Shown here: piece after piece, positions 52,074-63,917 of the stretch | How positions within the stretch are numbered: position 1 is the first letter of the stretch | How the letters are laid out: every line of letters starts with the position of its first letter | NCBI GenBank assembly: GCA_963802945.1 | Contig: CAWDKY010000015.1 | Coordinates: forward strand, 256,001 to 320,000 | From: an uncultured delta proteobacterium | Lineage (GTDB): Bacteria; Desulfobacterota; RBG-13-43-22 | Direction of reading: 5' to 3' | DNA length: 64,000 bases | Notes under the pieces: model-generated | Databases searched by the model: none | What the model was told of the DNA's origin: nothing | Seen by the model: only the letters and a program-made list of their open reading frames with translations | Made by a program: the position numbers and the translations under genes

Positions 52074-53322
52074 ATGTCTTTTGAATTATTTGTCAGTTAC
52101 ACGCTATCTCAAGGCCAAAAGGAAACAGACCTTTATTTCCATCATCACTTTTATCTCCATAGGCGGAGTCACTCTGGGGGTTATGGCCCTGATTGTTGTT
52201 ATAGCGGTAATGAGCGGTTTTGAAAATGACTTGAAAAATAAAATCCTGGGGCTGAATTCCCATGCCCTGGTTTTAAGCTGGGACAATGCCATAGAAAATT
52301 ATGCTCAGGTGGCCCGGCGGGTCGAATCGGTTTCCGGGGTAACCGCGGCCACTCCATTCATCCTGACCCAGGTCATGGTAAGCACCGGGAGTCAGGTGAC
52401 CGGGGCCGTTCTTCGAGGGATCGATATCCATAGCGCTCCAAAGGTGATTTCCCTGGATCGCATATTAAAGAAAGGGACCTGGCAGGCCTTGGAAGACCCT
52501 TCTCTGACTGAAGGACAAAAAGGTCAAGAATTGCGGGGTATCATTTTAGGCCAGGAGTTGGCCAAGAGCCTAGGCCTTTCTTTAAACGATACCTTGTCCC
52601 TCATTTCCCCTCTGGGGGAAATGACGCCCTTAGGGAGAATCCCCAAGATGAGACCTTTCAGGCTGGTAGGGATTTTTGAGTCAGGGATGTTTGAATACGA
52701 CTCCACCATAGCCTTTGTTTCCCTTTCTCAAGCCCAGTCTTTTTTGGGACTGGGCAGTAAAGTGACCGGTCTGGAACTCAAAACCCGGGATGTCTATAAA
52801 GCGGCTGAGATCGCCCGGGACATTCAGACCAAACTGGGTTTTCCCTTTTGGACCAAAGACTGGATGCGGATGAACAAAAATCTGTTCTCGGCTTTAAAAT
52901 TGGAAAAACTGGTCATGTTTATCATCCTGACCCTGATTATCCTGGTGGCGGCCTTTAATATCGTGGCCTCTTTAATCATGGTGGTCATGGAAAAAACCAA
53001 GGATATCGCCATCCTCAAATCCATGGGGGCAACGTCCGGAAGCATCATGAAGATCTTTATGCTGGAAGGGATGATTATTGGAACAGTGGGCACGGCTCTG
53101 GGACTGCTGGGCGGCGTGGGTTTATGCTGGATTCTTGAAAAATATCAGTTTATCAAATTACCCAGTGACGTTTATTATATCTCCTCCTTGCCGGTATTGA
53201 TGAAGGGGTGGGATATATTGATAATCGTGGCTTCCGCTTTGGGGATCAGCTTGCTGGCTACCCTGTATCCGGCCTGGCAGGCCTCCCGTCTTGATCCGGC
53301 CGAAGCCATAAGGTATGAATAA
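52074..53322 (+). CDS. lolE: Lipoprotein-releasing ABC permease LolC/E (indel near 52098)
   Basis: MSFELFVS then RYLKAKRK, VMSGF, LVAAFNI, IAILKSMGA, LYPAWQA.RLDPAEAIRYE. Confidence 0.92.
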
Positions 53323-53328
53323 AGAAAT

Positions 53329-54018
53329 ATGTCTCAACCATTGATCACGATCAAAAATTTGGAAAAATATTTTATCAACAACCAGCATCGAGTGGAGGTA
53401 CTTAAAGGACTTGACCTTGAGCTTCACAGCCTGGATACCCTGGCTGTGGTAGGGGCCTCGGGAACCGGGAAATCCACTTTATTACATATCATGGGGACCC
53501 TGGACCGACCATCCGCAGGGCAGGTCCTGTTTGAAGGACAAAATATCTTTGAACAATCTGAAAAGGATCAGGCCCGGTTCCGCAATCAGAAAATCGGTTT
53601 TGTTTTCCAGTTTCATCATTTACTGCCGGAATTCACGGCCCTGGAAAACACCATGATGCCTCAATTGATCGCCGGTGAAAGCAAACCGGAAGCGCGGGAA
53701 AGAGCCAAAGAAATTCTGACCCAACTGGGTCTGAAAGAGCGTTTGTTCCACCGGATCGGAGAGCTTTCGGGCGGTGAACAGCAACGAGTGGCTATTGCCC
53801 GATCTTTAATTCGATCTCCCCAGCTAATCCTGGCCGATGAACCGACGGGAAATCTGGATCGAAAAACCGGGACCCAGATCATCGAACTGTTCAATCAACT
53901 CAATCAAGAAAAAGGGATAACCTTTTTGATGGTTACTCATAATCAGGATTTATCCAGACGATTCAAAAGAAATGTGAAAATCGTGGACGGCAAGGCCATA
54001 GAAGTGGCTATTAACTAG
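53329..54018 (+). CDS. lolD: Lipoprotein-releasing ABC ATPase
   Basis: [41 protein letters not shown]. Confidence 0.93.
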   Translation: MSQPLITIKNLEKYFINNQHRVEVLKGLDLELHSLDTLAVVGASGTGKSTLLHIMGTLDRPSAGQVLFEGQNIFEQSEKDQARFRNQKIGFVFQFHHLLPEFTALENTMMPQLIAGESKPEARERAKEILTQLGLKERLFHRIGELSGGEQQRVAIARSLIRSPQLILADEPTGNLDRKTGTQIIELFNQLNQEKGITFLMVTHNQDLSRRFKRNVKIVDGKAIEVAIN

Positions 54019-54067
54019 CTAAGCTGTCGGAACTATCTCTAATGAAAGGATCTATAGGGAATCTCCT

Positions 54068-56722
54068 ATGCCGAAGAAAATCATTTTCATCTTGATGGTT
54101 TTTTCAATGATTCAATTTCTGAATAGGCCAAACGTCCAGGCTGCTTCAGAGGGCACAGTGGCCCTGATGCCTTTTACCATATACAGCCAGATCAACTTGG
54201 ACTATCTGCAACAAAATATTTTGGAGGCCCTTTCCAACGGATTAAGCCAACAAAATATCCCCGTCCTGCCCCTTTCCAAAACCCAACCTTGGCTGACCAA
54301 AAAGATCCCCAGTGACCGGAAAGAACTGCGGGCCATAGGAAAACAACTGGAAGCGGATTTCCTGATCTATGGCAGCCTGACCAAGATCGGTCAACGACTG
54401 ACCCTGAACGGAAATCTCCTGGAGATTAAGACCGAAAAACCCCCTCTGACCTTTTCCTTGACGGAAGAAGGATTGGAAAATATTCTGAAGTTAATGGAGA
54501 GATTTTCAAAAGAATTAGGGTTAAGGATTTTAGGTCAGGAAAAGATTGCCGGGATCTCCATTAAGGGGAATCAAAGGATTGAGGCCCAAGCCATAGAGAA
54601 AGAACTCAAATCAAAAATCGGTGAGGCCTATAGGCCGGAACTCCTGGATCAGGACCTTCGGGCCATTTTCAAAATGGGTTATTTTTCCGATGTAAAATTG
54701 GAGGTGAATCAAACCCCACAGGGGAAAGCGATCACCTTTGTGGTTGAGGAACGTCCTTTTGTTAAAAGAATCGATTTCAAAGGATACAAAGAAATCAAAG
54801 AGGATGACCTCAAAGAGCAGCTGACCATCAAGCCTTATACTATTTTAAATTTAAACACGGTTAATGAAACTTTGGAGAAGCTGACGGTCTATTACCAGTC
54901 AAAAGGATATTATAATGTCCAGATTACTTATTCGGTTACTTACGAGGAAAAAGGGCAAGGTGCTGTAATCGTCTATACTATCGTGGAAGGGAAAAAAGTC
55001 TATATCAAAACTATTGCCTTCCAAGGGAACAAAAGTTTTTCTGAAAAAAAACTGAAAGCCATCATGGAAACCAATGAGAAGGGGATTTTTTCCTGGATCA
55101 CATCCTCCGGTGTTTATAAAAAGGAGTTGCTGGAACAGGACCTGGAAAAATTATCTTCCTTTTATTACAACCATGGATACTTAAAGGCCAAAGTGGGGGA
55201 ACCAACCGTCCGGCACGAAGGAAACTGGTTGTATTTAACCATCCCTATCGAGGAAGGGCAGCCTTATCACATGGGTCAGGTGGGCGTCAGCGGGGATTTG
55301 ATTCAACCTCAAGACAAATTAATGACCTCCTTGGCCATTACCAAAGAAAATTTTTATAATCGAGAGGTGATCCGCAAGGATATTTTGATGCTTAATGATC
55401 TTTATGCCTCTGAAGGGTATGCCTTTGTCGAAATCAACCCTCAAATCAAGGAAGATCCGTCCGGTTTCAAGGTTGATCTCGTTTATGATATCAAAAAAGG
55501 GTCCAAGGTTTATTTCGAACACATTGACATTGTCGGAAACGTAAAAACCCGGGATAAAGTCATTCGAAGGGAATTCAAGATGTCAGAAAAAGACCTTTTT
55601 GATCCCACGGCCCTCAGGAAAACCAATGAAAACCTACACCGCTTGGATTTTTTCGAAGAGATCAATCTTTCGACTTCTCCGGGCAGCCAGGAAGATCGCA
55701 TGAAATTGAAGGTGGAAGTCAAGGAAAAGATGACCGGCTCCTTTTCCGTGGGGGCGGGATACAGTGCCGTAGAACAGGTTTTGCTTATGGGGCAGATTGC
55801 TGAAAAGAATCTTTTTGGGACCGGAAACCGTATAAGCCTGGATGCCCAACTCGGGGCCGTGACCACCCTTTATAGACTGAGTTTTTTCCAGCCCTACCTA
55901 TTTGATACCCAGATTTCATGTGATAGCAGTATTTATAAATGGATCTATCTCTATGATCAATACGAGAAAGACAGTTACGGAGGATCGTTGACTTTCGGCT
56001 ATCCTATCCCGATAGAATACACCAGGGCGTTTCTTACCTATGCTTACGAGGACGCCAGCGTGACTCAGGTTCATGATGACGCCGCTCAGGTTATCAAGGA
56101 TATGGCCGGCGAACATCAAACCAGCAGTGTTACTTTAACCCTTAAAAGGGATACGAGGGATTCGATCTTTAATACCACCAAGGGTTCGATTAATAGTGTT
56201 TCTGTGACATATGCCGGCGGCCCTCTCGGAGGAAGCAATTATTTTACCAGGTATGTCGCCACTTCAGGTTGGTATTTCCCCCTTTTTTGGGACACTACTT
56301 TTTTTGTTGGCGGCAAAGGGGGGTATATTACCCAAAATTCCGGGGGAGATTTGCCCCTGTATGAAAAATTTTATTTAGGCGGCATCAATTCGCTTCGGGG
56401 ATTTAAAGTTTTCTCCGTCAGCCCTTTGGATCCAAGAACTTACGACCCGATCGGCGGCGAGCAGATGGTGCAATTTAATGTGGAATATATATTTCCCTTG
56501 GTTCCAAAGATCGGGATTAAGGGACTTGTTTTCTTTGATGCTGGCAATGTTTTTAGCAAAGACCAGACGTTTGATTTAGGGTCCTTACGACAAAGCGTGG
56601 GGGTGGGAATCCGTTGGTACTCCCCGATGGGGCCTCTGCGCCTGGAATTTGGCTGGGATTTTAATCCCCAGCCCCACGATCAGACCGACCCCATAGAATT
56701 CAGTATAGGGGGATCTTTTTAA
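54068..56722 (+). CDS. bamA: Outer membrane protein assembly factor BamA with extra N-terminal domain
   Basis: POTRA repeats, GNVKTRDKVIRRE, LRGF, SPMGPLRL, C-terminal F. Confidence 0.95.
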   Translation: MPKKIIFILMVFSMIQFLNRPNVQAASEGTVALMPFTIYSQINLDYLQQNILEALSNGLSQQNIPVLPLSKTQPWLTKKIPSDRKELRAIGKQLEADFLIYGSLTKIGQRLTLNGNLLEIKTEKPPLTFSLTEEGLENILKLMERFSKELGLRILGQEKIAGISIKGNQRIEAQAIEKELKSKIGEAYRPELLDQDLRAIFKMGYFSDVKLEVNQTPQGKAITFVVEERPFVKRIDFKGYKEIKEDDLKEQLTIKPYTILNLNTVNETLEKLTVYYQSKGYYNVQITYSVTYEEKGQGAVIVYTIVEGKKVYIKTIAFQGNKSFSEKKLKAIMETNEKGIFSWITSSGVYKKELLEQDLEKLSSFYYNHGYLKAKVGEPTVRHEGNWLYLTIPIEEGQPYHMGQVGVSGDLIQPQDKLMTSLAITKENFYNREVIRKDILMLNDLYASEGYAFVEINPQIKEDPSGFKVDLVYDIKKGSKVYFEHIDIVGNVKTRDKVIRREFKMSEKDLFDPTALRKTNENLHRLDFFEEINLSTSPGSQEDRMKLKVEVKEKMTGSFSVGAGYSAVEQVLLMGQIAEKNLFGTGNRISLDAQLGAVTTLYRLSFFQPYLFDTQISCDSSIYKWIYLYDQYEKDSYGGSLTFGYPIPIEYTRAFLTYAYEDASVTQVHDDAAQVIKDMAGEHQTSSVTLTLKRDTRDSIFNTTKGSINSVSVTYAGGPLGGSNYFTRYVATSGWYFPLFWDTTFFVGGKGGYITQNSGGDLPLYEKFYLGGINSLRGFKVFSVSPLDPRTYDPIGGEQMVQFNVEYIFPLVPKIGIKGLVFFDAGNVFSKDQTFDLGSLRQSVGVGIRWYSPMGPLRLEFGWDFNPQPHDQTDPIEFSIGGSF

Positions 56723-56828
56723 CACGAAAGTAGGGTTCGAGGATTCCAGGATTCGAGTCCCGTCTGTGGCGGGATTGGCCCCGGGACCCCAGGAATCCTT
56801 TTAATTAATATCAGTCAGGAGACCAAAT

Positions 56829-57374
56829 ATGATCAAATTTTTTTTAAAAAGTACTGTTTTTGTGTCTGGTATTATTCTTCTATGGGTTGCCGTTCCTTCC
56901 TGGGCCGCCGAGTCTGTTAAAGTCGGAATTATTGATTTACAGAAATGCATCCAGCAATCCGAGGCCGGCAAAAGGGCTTCGAAAATTCTGCAAGACAAAG
57001 CGGATCACATCAAAAAGGATTTGGAAGCCAAACGGGAAGAATTGAAGAAACTGAGCGAGGATTTCAATAAAAAAAGCCAAGTCCTGAGTGCAGATGCCAA
57101 GAGAGAAAGAGAACAGGAACTGATCCAGAAAGATGCAGATTTAAGGGAACTGGTTCGTAAAAAAGAAGAAGAAATGCACAAAGATGAATATAACGCCATG
57201 CAGCCTCTTTTAAATGAGTTGTTTGAGATTACCAAAAAAATGGCCAAAGATGAAGGTTTTACCCTGATCCTGGAGTCCAAAACCGGGGTGGTTTATTTCA
57301 ATAAACCCGTCGAGGAAATAACCGATAAAGTCATCAAAATCGCCAACGAAACCAAAAAGGAAAAAAAGAAATAA
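56829..57374 (+). CDS. skp: Skp/OmpH chaperone
   Basis: KVGIIDLQK..S.AGK, coiled coil, position after bamA. Confidence 0.88.
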   Translation: MIKFFLKSTVFVSGIILLWVAVPSWAAESVKVGIIDLQKCIQQSEAGKRASKILQDKADHIKKDLEAKREELKKLSEDFNKKSQVLSADAKREREQELIQKDADLRELVRKKEEEMHKDEYNAMQPLLNELFEITKKMAKDEGFTLILESKTGVVYFNKPVEEITDKVIKIANETKKEKKK

Positions 57375-57376
57375 GC

Positions 57377-58463
57377 ATGAAGACGCCGGCGGCATCCCCT
57401 TCTGGGGTATCTTTGGAGCAACTGGCCCGGCTGGTTGGAGGAGAGGTCCGAGGGGTCTGTGAGAATTTGGTTGTCGGTATTACCGGGATCCGGGAGGCCC
57501 AAAAGGGTCAGATCACTTTTTTGAGTAATCCCAAATACGGCAAAGACCTGGAAACGACCCAGGCTTCGGCCGTTATTGTGGGATCGCCAATTTCCTCAAA
57601 CCTCCAAAGCCTTTATTAATAACCTCCAATCCTTATCTGGCCTATGCCAGGATCGCCCAGTTTTTTGCCCCCAACCCGATCACCCATGGGCATCAGTTCC
57701 TTGGCCCATTGCGGTGAGGATTGCCGAATCGGGGAAAAGGTCTCCATTTATCCCTTTGTCTATCTGGGAAACCGGGTGGAGATTGAAGACGGTGTTATTC
57801 TTTATCCCGGGGTTTATGTGGGGGATTCGGTCCGGATCGGGAAGGATTCCATTATTTATCCCAACGTTTCCATCCTTTCGGGAACCATCATCGGGCAACG
57901 GGTTATCATTCACAGCGGGACGGTGATCGGTAGTGACGGTTTTGGTTTTGCCCAGGACGGGATGATCCATGTCAAGATTCCTCAAACGGGCATCGTCCAG
58001 ATTGACGATGACTGCGAAATCGGGGCCAATAATACCATCGACCGGGCGGCCTTGGGCAAGACCTGGATCAAGACCGGGGTTAAAACAGACAACTTGGTTC
58101 ATGTGGCCCATAATGTGGTGGTCGGTGAACACTCTCTTCTGATCGCCCAGGTGGGTATCTCTGGGAGTACCACCTTGGGTAAAGGGGTCATTCTGGCCGG
58201 CCAGGTCGGTGTGGTCGGGCATATCACCATCGGGGATGGGGTTATGGTGGGGGCCAAATCGGGGGTGGCTAAATCCATTCCAGCCGGTGAAGTGGTTTCG
58301 GGAATACCGACAATGCCACATCAGACCTTTTTACGCACCCGATTTCTCATTCAACGATTGCCTAAGATGGACAAAATAAATACGGGCCTTGGAAGATCGG
58401 GTTCGTCTCTTGGAGGCTGAGATCACAAAAGAGAGAAAGAAAGACTATGGAAATAAGTCATGA
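57377..58463 (+). CDS. lpxD: UDP-3-O-acylglucosamine N-acyltransferase (several small indels near 57600, 57670, 58376)
   Basis: [51 protein letters not shown]. Confidence 0.92.
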
Positions 58464-58911
58464 GGAAATCCAAAAGATTCTGCCCCATCGATATCCCTTT
58501 TTACTGCTGGATCGGATATTGGAATTCACTCTAAATGAGAAGGTGATCGGTTTGAAAAATGTGACGATCAATGAACCTTTTTTCCAGGGTCATTTCCCGG
58601 GAAAACCGATCATGCCCGGAGTATTGATTATTGAGGCTATGGCCCAGGCCGGAGGGATCCTGGCTGTTAAATCCAACTTCCAACAACTGGGAAACAAACT
58701 AGCCTATTTCCTGGCCATCGATAAAGTTAAGTTCAGAAAACCGGTGGTTCCGGGAGATCAACTAATTTTGGAATTGACGGCCTTACGCCGGGGGCAAAAG
58801 GTCTGGAAGATGCAGGGCAAGGCCTTTGTCCGGGAAAGTTTAGTGGCTGAGGCGGAACTAACCGCCTCTTTTTCTGATGATAAAGATACGCCGCCCGGTG
58901 AGGAGGTTTAA
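58447..58911 (+). CDS. fabZ: 3-hydroxyacyl-ACP dehydratase
   Basis: [31 protein letters not shown]. Confidence 0.96.
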   Translation: MEISHEEIQKILPHRYPFLLLDRILEFTLNEKVIGLKNVTINEPFFQGHFPGKPIMPGVLIIEAMAQAGGILAVKSNFQQLGNKLAYFLAIDKVKFRKPVVPGDQLILELTALRRGQKVWKMQGKAFVRESLVAEAELTASFSDDKDTPPGEEV

Positions 58912-59693
58912 TGTCTAAATATGCCATTCATCCAACAGCTATCATAGGCCCTCAAACCAAACTGGGAGAAAATGTCTCTATCGGACCGTACTCGATAATC
59001 GAAGAAGAAGTTTTTATTGATTCCGGGACTCAAATCGGGGCTCATGTATTTATCGATCGCTACACCCGAATCGGAAAGAATTGCCTGATTTCCCCTTTTG
59101 CCTCTATCGGCGGCCCGCCTCAGGATTTAAAATTCAAAGGGGAAAAAACCAACTTGATTATTGGCGATGAAAACAACATTCGCGAATATGTCACGATCAA
59201 CCGAGGAACTGCAGGAGGAGGAGGTTCAACCACCATAGGTAATCAGAACCTGTTAATGGCCTATTGTCATGTGGGGCATGATTGCCAATTGGGTAATGGA
59301 ATTATTATGGGTAATTTAACCACGTTGGCCGGTCATGTGGTCCTCGAAGATTATTCCCGTCTTTATGCCCTGGTAGCTGTCCAACAATTCGTCCGGGTGG
59401 GTGCCTATGCCATGGTAGGAGGAAAAACAGGGGTATTAAAGGATATTCCTCCTTATGTTATTGTCTCTGGGGATAGGGCCAAATTATTCGGCCTGAACAC
59501 CATTGGATTGAAACGCCATAATTTTTCCAATGAAACGATTGAGGCGCTTAAAAAGGCTTACCAGATTATGATTCGCTCCCATTTGATCCTCAAAGAGGCC
59601 CTGAAGCGGGTTGAAAAGGAGGTCCCTGCCTTTCCGGAGGTAACCCGGTTTTTGGACTTTATTAGAAATTCACAACAAGGAATAACCCGCTGA
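58911..59693 (+). CDS. lpxA: UDP-N-acetylglucosamine acyltransferase
   Basis: Hexapeptide repeats, PQDLKF, IREYVTINRGT, HVGHDC, LAGHV. Confidence 0.95.
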   Translation: MSKYAIHPTAIIGPQTKLGENVSIGPYSIIEEEVFIDSGTQIGAHVFIDRYTRIGKNCLISPFASIGGPPQDLKFKGEKTNLIIGDENNIREYVTINRGTAGGGGSTTIGNQNLLMAYCHVGHDCQLGNGIIMGNLTTLAGHVVLEDYSRLYALVAVQQFVRVGAYAMVGGKTGVLKDIPPYVIVSGDRAKLFGLNTIGLKRHNFSNETIEALKKAYQIMIRSHLILKEALKRVEKEVPAFPEVTRFLDFIRNSQQGITR

Positions 59694-60505
59694 TGATGAA
59701 ACAAGCTCCCATTGGGCTTATCGCCGGTAATGGAAATTTCCCCCTGTTGATCGCCAAAGCGGCCCGGCAGGAAGGAAAAAAAATTGTGGCCATAGCTCAT
59801 GTGGGAGAAACGCTTCCGGAACTGGAGCCCCTGGTGGATAAAATTTTTTGGATCCGTCTCGGGGAATTCGGGAAATTAGTCCGCACACTGCAAAAGGAAG
59901 GGGTTAAAGAAGTCCTGATGGCTGGCCGGGTGGATAAAAAAAAGATGTTTTCCAAAGCCCAACCAGATACGGAAGGGCGAGATCTCCTTAGTAGGCTGGT
60001 GCATCGGAAGGACGACTTAGTCTTGCGAATGGTTGCCGCCGAATTAGAAAAAAAAGGATTTCACGTTTGTTCTTCTACTGCATTTCTACCCTCTTTATTG
60101 GCCCCTCAGGGGGTCTTGACCAGGCGTCATCCTACTGCCGAGGAAGAAAAGGACATTGAATTCGGGTGGCCCCTGGCCAAGGAACTCGGTAAGCTCGATA
60201 TCGGACAGTGCTTGGTGGTTCGAAACAGGGCTGTAGTGTCTGTGGAAGCCATTGAAGGAACCGATGAGACCATAAGGAGAGGGGGTAAACTGGCCCAAGA
60301 AAAGGCAGTGGTCATTAAGGTCAGTAAGCCGATACAAGACCTTCGCTTTGATCTGCCGGCTGTTGGAGAGAAGACCATTCTGACTATGCATGAAGTCCAA
60401 GCCGGGGTTTTGGCCATAGAGGCTCATAAAACTATTATCTTTAACCGGGAGGAGACTGTTCGATTGGCAAATAGGTATAGGATGGTAATTGTTTCGAGGG
60501 AGTAA
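59693..60505 (+). CDS. lpxI: UDP-2,3-diacylglucosamine pyrophosphatase LpxI
   Basis: GLIAGNG.FP, LDIGQ, EAIEGTD, QDLRFDLP.VG. Confidence 0.92.
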   Translation: MMKQAPIGLIAGNGNFPLLIAKAARQEGKKIVAIAHVGETLPELEPLVDKIFWIRLGEFGKLVRTLQKEGVKEVLMAGRVDKKKMFSKAQPDTEGRDLLSRLVHRKDDLVLRMVAAELEKKGFHVCSSTAFLPSLLAPQGVLTRRHPTAEEEKDIEFGWPLAKELGKLDIGQCLVVRNRAVVSVEAIEGTDETIRRGGKLAQEKAVVIKVSKPIQDLRFDLPAVGEKTILTMHEVQAGVLAIEAHKTIIFNREETVRLANRYRMVIVSRE

Positions 60506-60592
60506 AAATAAAAAACGTTCGTCGTTCGGCGACCCCAGTTTTTATGGTTTTACTGTTCGCCGCAAGCAGGCATGAGAGCTTACTAAAAACGA

Positions 60593-60943
60593 ATGAATAA
60601 AGTCAAAGTCGGCATAGCCGGGGTCGGACACCTAGGGAAATACCATTGGGAAAAATCTGCCCAAATGCCGGATGTGGCATTGGTGGGTATGGCCGAGATT
60701 CTCCTAGAGCGACGGAAAGCCATTTCAAGGCAATATGATATCTCCTGGTATGAAGATTATCATCGACTGATTCCCAAAATTGCAGCTGTCAGTATCGTTG
60801 TGCCGACCATCCTACACGCCCGGGTGGCTAAGGATTTTTTACACCACCGAATCGATGCCTTGATTGAAAAGCCCATCAGTCGATCCCCAGTTGAGGCGGA
60901 AGAATTGATTTCTCTGGCCAAAACGAAGGAGCTAAGCGATTAA
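60593..60943 (+). pseudogene. Truncated Gfo/Idh/MocA oxidoreductase (GnnA-like), Rossmann domain only
   Basis: GVGHLGKYH, VSIVVPT..H, LIEKP; stops at 116 aa directly at lpxB. Confidence 0.75.
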
Positions 60944-62076
60944 AAAAATATGTGTCATCGCCGGGGAAGCCTCTGGAGACCTCCATGGGGCTTCACTAGT
61001 TAAGGCCTTAATCCAATTGGGCGATCCCGTTTCCTTTTTCGGGTTAGGGGGCCCGCTCATGAAGGAGATGGGGGTCAAGATGGTCTATCCCCCCCCCTTT
61101 GAATGTAATAGGTTTTACCGAGGTGATTTTTAAGATTTCTCATTTATTCAAGGCCTATCAAAAGATCAAGGGGGTATTGCGGAAAACAAAACCTGATTTA
61201 CTGATACTGATCGATTATCCCGACATGAATCTTCGACTGGCCAAAGCGGCTCACAAGGAAAAGATACCGGTTTTGTATTATATCAGTCCCCAGGTCTGGG
61301 CTTGGCGGTCCAGGCGAGTCAAAAGCATTGCTCGTTTTGTCGATCGGTTGGCGGTTATCCTCCCCTTTGAAGTGGAGTTTTATAAATCCTTTGGCGTCGA
61401 TGTTGAATTTGTAGGTCACCCGCTTTTGGATAGGATGAAAATAGGGACCCGGCAAGAAGGGGCACCTTCGCCGGGTCATTTTCAGGATCAAACCCTGATC
61501 GGCCTCTTTCCCGGAAGCCGGCCTACGGAAATAAAGGCCATACTACCCTTGCTGTTAGAGACTGCCGCTCGATTGACCAGGAAATACGGACACAGGATTC
61601 GATTTGTCCTCCCGGTAGCCAGCACCCTGGATTCCAAACCTATCCGAGAAAAAATTCGGCCGTATCAGGACAAAGGGGTTTTGCTGGAATTGGCCTCTGA
61701 GGATTCTCAGAAGACCATGGGCCAGTGCCAGCTGGCCATAATGGCTTCCGGCACGGTTACCCTGGAGGCGGCTATCTTAGGTATCCCGATGCTTATTGTT
61801 TATAAGACCTCTCCGGTCAATTACTGGATTGCCCGGCAGCTGATTGATGTGCCTTATGTGGGACTGGTCAATTGGGTGGCCGGGAAAAAAATTATCCCCG
61901 AATATATTCAAAATGAGGCCTCGCCGGAAGCGCTTACGGAGGGGGCCAAGTGTTATCTGGAGGACCCTAGGTATTATCAAAATATTCGCAGTGCCCTTTT
62001 AAGGGTGAGAGAGAAATTAGGCAAGCCCGGGGCATCTATGCGGGTAGCCCAACTGGCCAGGGAGATGATGAAGTGA
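60939..62076 (+). CDS. lpxB: Lipid-A-disaccharide synthase; likely ATT start, extra base in poly-C near 61090
   Basis: IKKICVIAGEASGDLHGA, IDYPDMN, YYISPQVWAWR, FVGHPL, PGSR..E, ASGTVTLE. Confidence 0.92.
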
Positions 62077-62186
62077 AAGCAATGCAGGGTTCAAGGACTC
62101 AAGGGGTCCAGGATTCGAGGGAATGGCTAAGAAACAAATTTTTGAACCCTCGCATTCTTGAATCCTGATTTATAACAACGGTTACT

Positions 62187-63917
62187 ATGATTACCCAACG
62201 AATTATTCAACTCATTAAACCTTACTGGCTCCGGTTAGCGGCCGCCATGTTCTGCATGCTGGTGGTGGCCGGGGCCACCTCTTTGATGGCCTATATGCTT
62301 AAACCGGTTATTGATGAGATCTTTATTCAAAAGAACATATCGAGACTTTCTTTTTTACCTCCTTTTATTATCCTTCTATTTTTTATTAAAGGCTTCTTTA
62401 ATTACTGGCAGTCTTTTCTGATGAGTTTTGTGGGAGAAAAGATTATTGCCAATTTGAGGGAGGGGCTCTATGCCCACTTGCAAAAACTTTCCCTGTCCTA
62501 TTTTGACCGCACCGCAACCGGTCTGCTCATGTCCCGAATTACCAACGATGTCACCTTAATTCAGGGGGCGGTTTCCAGTGCAGTAACTGGCATCCTCAAA
62601 GATTCCTTTACCATCCTGGGTCTGATCGGGGTTATCTTTTATCAGGATTGGCAGTTGGCCATCCTGGCCATGTTGGTGTTCCCGATTGCAGTGTTCCCTA
62701 TTGTTAAATTCGGCCGGATGCTTCGGAAGATCAGTACCCAAAGTCAAAAGACTATGGCCGATATTTCCATTCACCTGCATGAAACCTTGTTTGGAAATCG
62801 GATCATCAAGGCCTTCAATACCGAAAACCATGAGATTGAACGCTTCAATCAGAAGGTCCGGAAATATTTTCAATTAACCATGAAGGATGTTTCCATCAAG
62901 TCCATAACTCCTCCGATTATGGAATTTCTAGGAGGTATCGGTATTGCTGCCATTATCTGGTATGGGGGATACCAGGTCATTAAAGGTTATTCCACCCCGG
63001 GAACTTTCTTTTCATTTTTAACGGCCCTGTTGATGCTCTATGAGCCGATAAAACATTTAAGCGGGGTCAACAGTACGATTCAACAAGGGATGGCAGCAGG
63101 CATCAGGGTTTTTGAAGTCATGGACATCCCCGAGGAAATTCGTGATCATGAGGGGGCCAAAGCCATCAATGGAATCCGAGAGGGAATTATTTTTAATAAC
63201 GTGTCTTTTGGATATGGAAACGATTGGGTACTCAAAGGAATTGATCTTGAAGTAAAGGTCGGGGAAATTATTGCTATAGTCGGCACCAGCGGCGGCGGCA
63301 AAACAACCCTGGTCAACCTGATCCCCAGGTTTTATGAGGCCAGTGAAGGTGACATTTTAATTGACAACCGGTCCATTAAAGCCATCACTCAGGCCTCTTT
63401 GCGCCGGCAGATCGGCATGGTTACCCAGCAGACCATCCTGTTTAACGATACGGTCCATAACAATATCGCCTATGGCTCTCCGGAGAAAACGGAAGACGAA
63501 ATCATCCGAGCGGCTCAAGCCGCTTATGCCTATGATTTCATCCAGCGGCTTCCGGAAAAAATAGACACGATGATCGGTGAACATGGGGTTCGCCTTTCCG
63601 GAGGGGAAAGGCAGCGTATTGCTATCGCCCGGGCATTACTCAAGGATGCCCCCATCTTGATCCTGGATGAAGCCACTTCTTCCCTGGATTCGGATTCGGA
63701 AGCGGAAGTCCAGCGGGCCCTGGAAAACCTGATGAAAGGACGGACTACATTTATTATAGCTCACCGCTTTTCCACCATTCGGAATGTGGATCGGATTATC
63801 GTCCTGGCCGATGGAAGGATTGTTGAGGAGGGCAACCACGACCGTCTGATGGCCTTAAACGGAGAATACAAAAGACTCTATGAAATCCAGTTTAGGGAAA
63901 ATGGAACTATGGAGTGA
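62187..63917 (+). CDS. msbA: Lipid A flippase ABC transporter
   Basis: TM domain plus GTSGGGKTT, LSGGERQR, LDEATSSLD; follows lpxB. Confidence 0.92.
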   Translation: MITQRIIQLIKPYWLRLAAAMFCMLVVAGATSLMAYMLKPVIDEIFIQKNISRLSFLPPFIILLFFIKGFFNYWQSFLMSFVGEKIIANLREGLYAHLQKLSLSYFDRTATGLLMSRITNDVTLIQGAVSSAVTGILKDSFTILGLIGVIFYQDWQLAILAMLVFPIAVFPIVKFGRMLRKISTQSQKTMADISIHLHETLFGNRIIKAFNTENHEIERFNQKVRKYFQLTMKDVSIKSITPPIMEFLGGIGIAAIIWYGGYQVIKGYSTPGTFFSFLTALLMLYEPIKHLSGVNSTIQQGMAAGIRVFEVMDIPEEIRDHEGAKAINGIREGIIFNNVSFGYGNDWVLKGIDLEVKVGEIIAIVGTSGGGKTTLVNLIPRFYEASEGDILIDNRSIKAITQASLRRQIGMVTQQTILFNDTVHNNIAYGSPEKTEDEIIRAAQAAYAYDFIQRLPEKIDTMIGEHGVRLSGGERQRIAIARALLKDAPILILDEATSSLDSDSEAEVQRALENLMKGRTTFIIAHRFSTIRNVDRIIVLADGRIVEEGNHDRLMALNGEYKRLYEIQFRENGTME

